A DNA stretch of 24,000 nucleotides from Pullulanibacillus camelliae. Lineage in GTDB: Bacteria; Bacillota; Bacilli; Bacillales; Sporolactobacillaceae. Position 1 is the stretch's first letter. Each line of letters begins with the position of its first letter. The notes beneath the pieces were generated by a model that searched no databases, was not told where the DNA came from, and was given only the letters and a program-made list of their open reading frames with translations. Position numbers and translations under genes: made by a program. Positions 19,068-24,000 of this stretch are shown piece after piece. Location of the stretch: assembly GCF_014642655.1 (NCBI RefSeq), contig NZ_BMIR01000001.1:87518-111517 (forward strand). Direction: 5' to 3'.

Positions 19068-19117
19068 AAATGATAAGAATGTACAACCTTGTTAACTAAT
19101 CTTATAAGGGTGCTCAT

Positions 19118-19225
19118 ATAAGTTTAGGCTTTGACCTTCACCGCCTAAAGCTTGGTGTCCCCTTAATGTGTGATTTGAAATATCACATCAGGAGTGCCAA
19201 TACGGTAAAAAAACAAGTTTTCTAA
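19118..19225 (-). repeat. REP-like intergenic element, diverged copy B related to 10649-10700
   Basis: Reverse strand shares TTAGAAAACTTG and CCAAGCTTTA...GG.G..AAAGC.TAAA..TTA with copy A, with extra sequence between the two blocks. Confidence 0.45.
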
Positions 19226-19482
19226 CGCTTTCACTGGATAATATCCATATGTAACACTTAAAATCACACTTAATTCTTAGTATATTTCTCGTTTATATTG
19301 GTTTTTTTAAGCGTGCGATTGCCGACTGATCAAAGCTTCCCACTCCTATCTATAAATAAACGGATAATTCCATAAATTTAGACTTCCCGCAAATATGTTT
19401 ACATTATTAGCCAAGGGTGTTTATCATATCTATAAAGTGTTTTAATGCACTAAATCGTTTTTTTATGAAAGAAGGAAATTCG

Positions 19483-20301
19483 ATGACTGAAGAGTGGCTG
19501 TATATCGATACTGGTGATCAATCCGCATCCTTTAACATGGCCTTTGATGAGACCTTATTAAATTGGGTCCATCAGGGAAGACTTAAGCCAATCCTTAGGT
19601 TTTATGGATGGAACCCTGCAGCGCTATCTCTCGGCTATTTTCAAAAAACAAAAAATCGCATTGATGTTGACGCAACCAAAAGACACGGATTTGATATTGT
19701 CAGACGGCCTACTGGAGGATTAGCGGTTTTACATGACAAGGAATTAACTTATAGTGTTATTATTAGTGAAAGTCATCCTAAAATGCCCTCCTCTATTACA
19801 CAGGCTTATAGGGTTTTATCTCAAGGGTTATTGAAAGGCTATCAAGCCTTGAGCATTTCAGCAGAACTCGCTGAACCAGAAAACATTCCAGGAAAATCAG
19901 GCACAGCGGTTTGCTTCGAGGAGCCTTCGTGGTATGAATTAGTCATTGACGGACGCAAGGCTGCTGGCAGTGCACAAACACGCCAAAAAGGCGTGATCTT
20001 ACAACATGGCTCGATTCCACTCGAAATTGATGATAACGTTCTATTTGATCTATTTGCTTTTCCAAATGAAAAAATTAGAGCGCGTGCTAGGAAAGCCTTT
20101 GGAGATAAGGCTGTTGCCATTAATCAAATCTTAGAACTCCCTGTTTCATTAGAGGAGGTTAAGACCGCCTTTAAAAAAGGCTTTGAAGAGGGATTGGAGA
20201 TTAAACTCGTTCCTTATGAACCCGAAAAAGAATTATTAGAAGAGGCCCGTCAGCTTGCTAAAGAGAAGTACGAAAACCCTGAATATACTTTCTCACGCTA
20301 G
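19483..20301 (+). CDS. lipM: Octanoyltransferase LipM / lipoate-protein ligase A family
   Basis: [93 protein letters not shown]; paired with lipA. ORF track start 19417 is upstream of the likely start. Confidence 0.88.
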   Translation: MTEEWLYIDTGDQSASFNMAFDETLLNWVHQGRLKPILRFYGWNPAALSLGYFQKTKNRIDVDATKRHGFDIVRRPTGGLAVLHDKELTYSVIISESHPKMPSSITQAYRVLSQGLLKGYQALSISAELAEPENIPGKSGTAVCFEEPSWYELVIDGRKAAGSAQTRQKGVILQHGSIPLEIDDNVLFDLFAFPNEKIRARARKAFGDKAVAINQILELPVSLEEVKTAFKKGFEEGLEIKLVPYEPEKELLEEARQLAKEKYENPEYTFSR

Positions 20302-20303
20302 GA

Positions 20304-21239
20304 GTGATCGATATGTCCACTAATAATGAAGGCTATCAAAGAAAGCCTGAATGGTTGAAAATTAAACTGAATACAAATAAGAGCTACAAAAGCTTAAAGA
20401 AAATGATGCGTGAAAATCGTCTACATACGGTCTGCGAAGAAGCCAAATGTCCAAATATTCATGAGTGCTGGGCTAGCAGAAAAACCGCTACCTTTATGAT
20501 CCTAGGGAATATTTGCACAAGGGGCTGCCGTTTTTGTGCAGTTCAAACCGGTAGACCTACTGAGCTTGACTGGCAAGAACCAGAAAGAGTCGCTGCTTCT
20601 GTTGAAACAATGGGTCTCCGTCATGTCGTTGTTACTGCCGTTGCTCGCGATGATTTACAAGATGGTGGTGCTGCTGTCTTTGCTGAAACGATTCGTGCGA
20701 TCCGTCGCCGCGTGCCAAATTGTACGGTTGAAGTCCTCCCTTCTGACATGAAGGGCGACTATGAAAGCCTGAAAACTCTTATGGACGCCAAGCCAGATAT
20801 CTTTAATCATAATATCGAAACTGTGCGTCGCTTAACCAAGCGCGTCCGTGCGCGTGCAACCTATGACCGTTCCTTAGAATTATTAAAACGCGTTAAAGAT
20901 ATGAGTCCTGAATTGCCAACGAAATCCAGTATGATGCTTGGACTTGGTGAAACCAAAGAAGAAGTACTCGAAGCCATGGATGACTTACTTGCCCATAAAG
21001 TTGATATTCTGACATTAGGTCAATATTTACAACCAACTAAAAAGCATCTTAATGTCGAACGTTACGTTCATCCCGATGAGTTTGATGAATTTAAAAAGAT
21101 CGCACTGGAAAAGGGCTTTCGTCATTGTGAATCCGGTCCTATGGTTCGCTCTTCCTATCATGCCGATGAACAAGTCAACGAAACGGCTCGTCGTCGCCAA
21201 TTGATGAAGGAATGGAAGAAAATAGAGGAAGCGAGGTAA
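20304..21239 (+). CDS. lipA: Lipoyl synthase
   Basis: Both iron-sulfur motifs: [13 protein letters not shown] and [10 protein letters not shown]; C-terminal [14 protein letters not shown]. Alternative ATG at 20313. Confidence 0.97.
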   Translation: MIDMSTNNEGYQRKPEWLKIKLNTNKSYKSLKKMMRENRLHTVCEEAKCPNIHECWASRKTATFMILGNICTRGCRFCAVQTGRPTELDWQEPERVAASVETMGLRHVVVTAVARDDLQDGGAAVFAETIRAIRRRVPNCTVEVLPSDMKGDYESLKTLMDAKPDIFNHNIETVRRLTKRVRARATYDRSLELLKRVKDMSPELPTKSSMMLGLGETKEEVLEAMDDLLAHKVDILTLGQYLQPTKKHLNVERYVHPDEFDEFKKIALEKGFRHCESGPMVRSSYHADEQVNETARRRQLMKEWKKIEEAR

Positions 21240-21278
21240 ATCTCCTTCTCAGTCACTTGATAAACCCTTACTCCACCT

Positions 21279-21325
21279 GCACCCCCAATTTTTAGGTTCG
21301 CCTTAAAATTGGAGGTGCGTTTTTA
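21279..21325 (+). terminator. Rho-independent terminator of lipM-lipA with UUCG tetraloop
   Basis: GCACCCCCAATTTTTAGG-ttcg-CCTTAAAATTGGAGGTGC-GTTTTTA, 18-bp stem with two mismatches. Confidence 0.88.
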
Positions 21326-21330
21326 TGGAC

Positions 21331-21564
21331 ACAGAGAAACACCTGGCTCTGGAGCCTCTTCTCTAGCTTGATGCCATTGACTTTGGTTATTTTTTGGAAG
21401 GCTTTTGTTAAATTGGGCATACCAGTTGTTACGCTCACACCTTGATTTCCGAAACTTGTATCCTTGGATGAATTCTCCTTTTGGTAACTTGGGGCTCTAT
21501 GTGTTATTTTGGTCGAGACCTTTGTTAAAATGTCCACGTCTTTAGTTACGTTCACCCTTTGATC
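21331..21564. repeat. Two degenerate 117-bp-period direct repeat units
   Basis: Plus strand TTTGTTAAATTGGGCATACCAGTTGTTACGCTCACACCTTGAT vs TTTGTTAAAATGTCCACGTCTTTAGTTACGTTCACCCTTTGAT. Confidence 0.6.
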
Positions 21565-21715
21565 TGGGAGCGCCCACCTTTTGTCGTGCTATCCCCCAAC
21601 TGATCCTATCACACGATTACAGGCCCTTCTCATGCCTCTTCGTCTACAAATTGACAAATGATACGCGGTCGTTTATTGTAATTTATGAATCCCCTTACAC
21701 TAACTCCTCATAAAG

Positions 21716-22504
21716 GTGTGTGATACTATCCTCTTCCTTTACATCTACTTCTTCCTCTTTGGACTTATCATGGGGTCCTTCTTTACCCTTGTCAGTTTCC
21801 GGCTTCCCCTTGGCAATTCCATCATCCATCCACCCTCGCATTGTGACTTTTGTGAGCGAAGATTGACAGTTTCAGAGCTCATTCCTATTCTCTCTTTTCT
21901 TCTGCTAAAGGGAAAATGCCAAACCTGTTCACAGCGTATTCCCATCACTTATCCACTGATTGAATGTTTCACAGGTCTGCTTTATATCTTTATCCTCTAT
22001 TATTGCCTGCACCATCACCAGCCCCTGCTACTCCCTATTTCCCTAAGCTTCAGTGCTATGCTGATTATTTTAACCCTGTCAGATTTGACATATTTTTTAG
22101 TTCCCAATAAGCTCTTACTCTTTTTTATCCTGTTATTTGGCCTTCTTCACCTCCTTTTCACCTGGAATTCATGGGCGGAAGCCCTCTTAGGGGCATGTAT
22201 CAGCCTCATCCTCTTATTCTTAGCCTCTCTGGTCATCAAAAATGGTATGGGTTACGGGGATATCAAGCTATTTGGTGTGCTAGGTTTTGTTTTGGGATGG
22301 AAGGATAGCCTTTTAGCACTCTTTATTGCTTGCTTTGTTGGAATGGGGATCACTTTTTTGGCCCAACTGCTACGAAAGAGAAAAAGAAAAGGACCGATCC
22401 CATTTGTTCCATTCCTTGCTATTGGCGCATTTACTGCCTTTTTCTATGGGGACAGTCTCCTGCAGGCCTACGTCTCTTTTGTTAAGGATCTGCTTCTTTT
22501 CTAG
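21716..22504 (+). CDS. A24 family prepilin peptidase (ComC-like)
   Basis: MGSFFTLVSFRLPLGNSI, paired CxxC motifs CDFC and CQTC, catalytic aspartate regions LSDLTYFLVPN and GYGDIKLFGVLGFVLG. Confidence 0.93.
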   Translation: MCDTILFLYIYFFLFGLIMGSFFTLVSFRLPLGNSIIHPPSHCDFCERRLTVSELIPILSFLLLKGKCQTCSQRIPITYPLIECFTGLLYIFILYYCLHHHQPLLLPISLSFSAMLIILTLSDLTYFLVPNKLLLFFILLFGLLHLLFTWNSWAEALLGACISLILLFLASLVIKNGMGYGDIKLFGVLGFVLGWKDSLLALFIACFVGMGITFLAQLLRKRKRKGPIPFVPFLAIGAFTAFFYGDSLLQAYVSFVKDLLLF

Positions 22505-22604
22505 TTAAAAACCTGCATCTCAAATGACAAAAGATCCCTTCTTTATCACTCGTCAACCATTTTCAATAAAATCATTAGCTGATTCTCACTAAAGCCTACC
22601 TTCT

Positions 22605-23654
22605 TTAGATCAAATAGAAGCAAAACGCCATAGCAATATATGTGCCTATGAGTAATGCCCCTTCAAACCAATTGGTATCTCCATCATTTGTAATGGAGAT
22701 AGTCATAAGCACAGCTATAATCATGGCAACCAGTTCTGTTGTATTAAAAACAAGGGGCAAAAAGGTATACAGCCATGAGACAAGTACAAGGACTGGAGCG
22801 ACAAACATCGCCGTTTGCACGGTCGAACCAATGGCGATTTCCATCATCACATCCATGCGATTTTGATAGGCCATATAGATCGCCGACACATATTCGGCTG
22901 CACTTCCTACCACCGCTACAACAATAATGCCAATAAATACATCACTCCAGCCTAGAGCATTGCCGACAGGCTCAATCGTCCCCACTAATTTTTCACTTAT
23001 ATATCCAAGAACCACTGTCGCCGCTCCGAGAATGAGCATTGCTTTCCCCATCGACCATTCTGGCTTTTCCGTCTCTAGTTGTGCTTCTCCTTCACCTACG
23101 TAAGCTCCCTTATGGGTCACCAATTTGAAAAATAAAGCTAAAAGATATAGCAGGATCATGACAATGGCAAAGGCTGTTGATAAAAAATGCATATTCTCTG
23201 TGCTCATCCGCTTGGCAAAAATAAAGGGCAACACAAAAGTTACAGCAATCGCAAACATGAGTAACCCCGTATTATGTCGTGCTTTAAAGACGTTAAAATT
23301 TTGTCGTTTGAACCTTAAGCCACCTATCAAAATAGATAGCCCACCAGCAAAGAGCAGATTGACTAAAACGACACCCGTTATTGAAGAAATCACGACTGTA
23401 TTCAATCCTTCACGCAAAGCAAAAAACGAGATAATAATCTCTGCAGCATTACCGAAGGTTGCGTTTAAAAGGCCTCCTACGGTATCTCCCACCACAGCCG
23501 CTAAGCTTTCTGTCGAACGGCGAATATAATTGGCCAAACTAATGATCGTCACGCAATAAAAAACAAACATCATGATATCATTCCATTTTAATACATGGCC
23601 AACGATAGAAAGCGGAACACCTATCAACATAAGAATAAAAAATAATCGATTCAT
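22605..23654 (-). CDS. Calcium/proton exchanger (CaCA/CAX family, ChaA/YfkE-like)
   Basis: GGLLNATFGNAAEIIISFFALREG and second alpha repeat VVAVVGSAAEYVSAIYMAYQNRMDVMMEIAIGSTVQTAMFVAPVLVL. ATG at 23654 preceded by CGGAGGTTGCG; ORF track start 23759 lies in the leader. Confidence 0.92.
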   Translation of the reverse strand: MNRLFFILMLIGVPLSIVGHVLKWNDIMMFVFYCVTIISLANYIRRSTESLAAVVGDTVGGLLNATFGNAAEIIISFFALREGLNTVVISSITGVVLVNLLFAGGLSILIGGLRFKRQNFNVFKARHNTGLLMFAIAVTFVLPFIFAKRMSTENMHFLSTAFAIVMILLYLLALFFKLVTHKGAYVGEGEAQLETEKPEWSMGKAMLILGAATVVLGYISEKLVGTIEPVGNALGWSDVFIGIIVVAVVGSAAEYVSAIYMAYQNRMDVMMEIAIGSTVQTAMFVAPVLVLVSWLYTFLPLVFNTTELVAMIIAVLMTISITNDGDTNWFEGALLIGTYIAMAFCFYLI

Positions 23655-23898
23655 CGCAACCTCCGACTCGTTTATCTCTCTACTCCTTCTTAGCATGGAC
23701 GCTTTCAAAGAGGGATATGCATAGCCAGATGTGAGAAGAGAACCTAATTTCACTGGCACGCTCCACCTTTCCAGACGTAGGCACCTGGAGGGGAGGATTA
23801 ATGTAACCGTTCACTAGAACATACCCATAAAAAAATTTTTTTCTTTGCCGCATCAAGGGTGTAAGCGCAACCTCTTCTCCTGAAATACAAAATGAGGA

Positions 23899-23935
23899 TT
23901 GACAGATTTTCTTACGCGAGATATTATTAATCTCG
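23899..23935 (+). promoter_or_regulatory. Sigma-A-like promoter TTGACA-N17-TATTAT with palindrome CGAGAT-attatta-ATCTCG over the -10
   Basis: Direct sequence: TTGACA 23899-23904, TATTAT 23922-23927, palindrome 23917-23935. Confidence 0.6.
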
Positions 23936-24000
23936 TTAACTTTACAAAAGTTTATAGACACCTAAGAGAAACCTATCCGTTCTCTTTCCTGTATGACATA

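Noticed and set aside
19220-19233. Catabolite-responsive-element-like sequence TGAAAGCGTTAGAA on the reverse strand
   Set aside because: Lacks the conserved terminal CA of the cre consensus and falls inside the REP-like element copy B, which explains it better.
21279-21325. UUCG-capped long hairpin considered as a novel RNA element
   Set aside because: Position immediately after lipA and trailing T-run are fully explained by an intrinsic terminator.
23680-23961. 93-aa minus-strand ORF overlapping the leader and N-terminus of the Ca2+/H+ exchanger gene
   Set aside because: Out of frame with the exchanger, no recognisable domain, no convincing RBS; considered as a leader peptide but unsupported.

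Overview
This 24 kb window looks like ordinary chromosomal accessory/housekeeping DNA from a low-to-mid GC Firmicute (Bacillales-like; inferred from protein families and Shine-Dalgarno sites). No rRNA, tRNA, CRISPR array, intact transposase, phage module or toxin/defence operon could be recognised. Left to right the contents are: the edge of a CUT1-type sugar ABC transporter operon (LacI regulator, solute-binding protein, truncated permease); a short YitT-family membrane protein; an SH3 plus C39-like peptidase lipoprotein; a YkpA/YbiT-type ABC-F ATPase; a sodium:solute symporter with a small membrane partner; a YndM-like DUF2512 protein; a YkuD-like L,D-transpeptidase; a CxCC permease; a lactonase (YkgB type); a ROK fructokinase; an Opp/Dpp-type SBP plus two permeases without ATPases; a bile acid:Na+ symporter family protein; lipM-lipA; a prepilin peptidase; and a Ca2+/H+ antiporter. 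I did not find a convincing new multi-gene system. The most interesting signals are non-coding: a perfect palindrome over the promoter of the ABC-F gene; two related copies of a REP-like element (10.65 kb and 19.1-19.2 kb); a nested inverted-repeat element after the bile-acid symporter gene that resembles collapsed IS ends inside a terminator; a 117-bp-period, frame-preserving degenerate repeat downstream of lipA; and a near-consensus promoter carrying an operator-like palindrome at the right edge.
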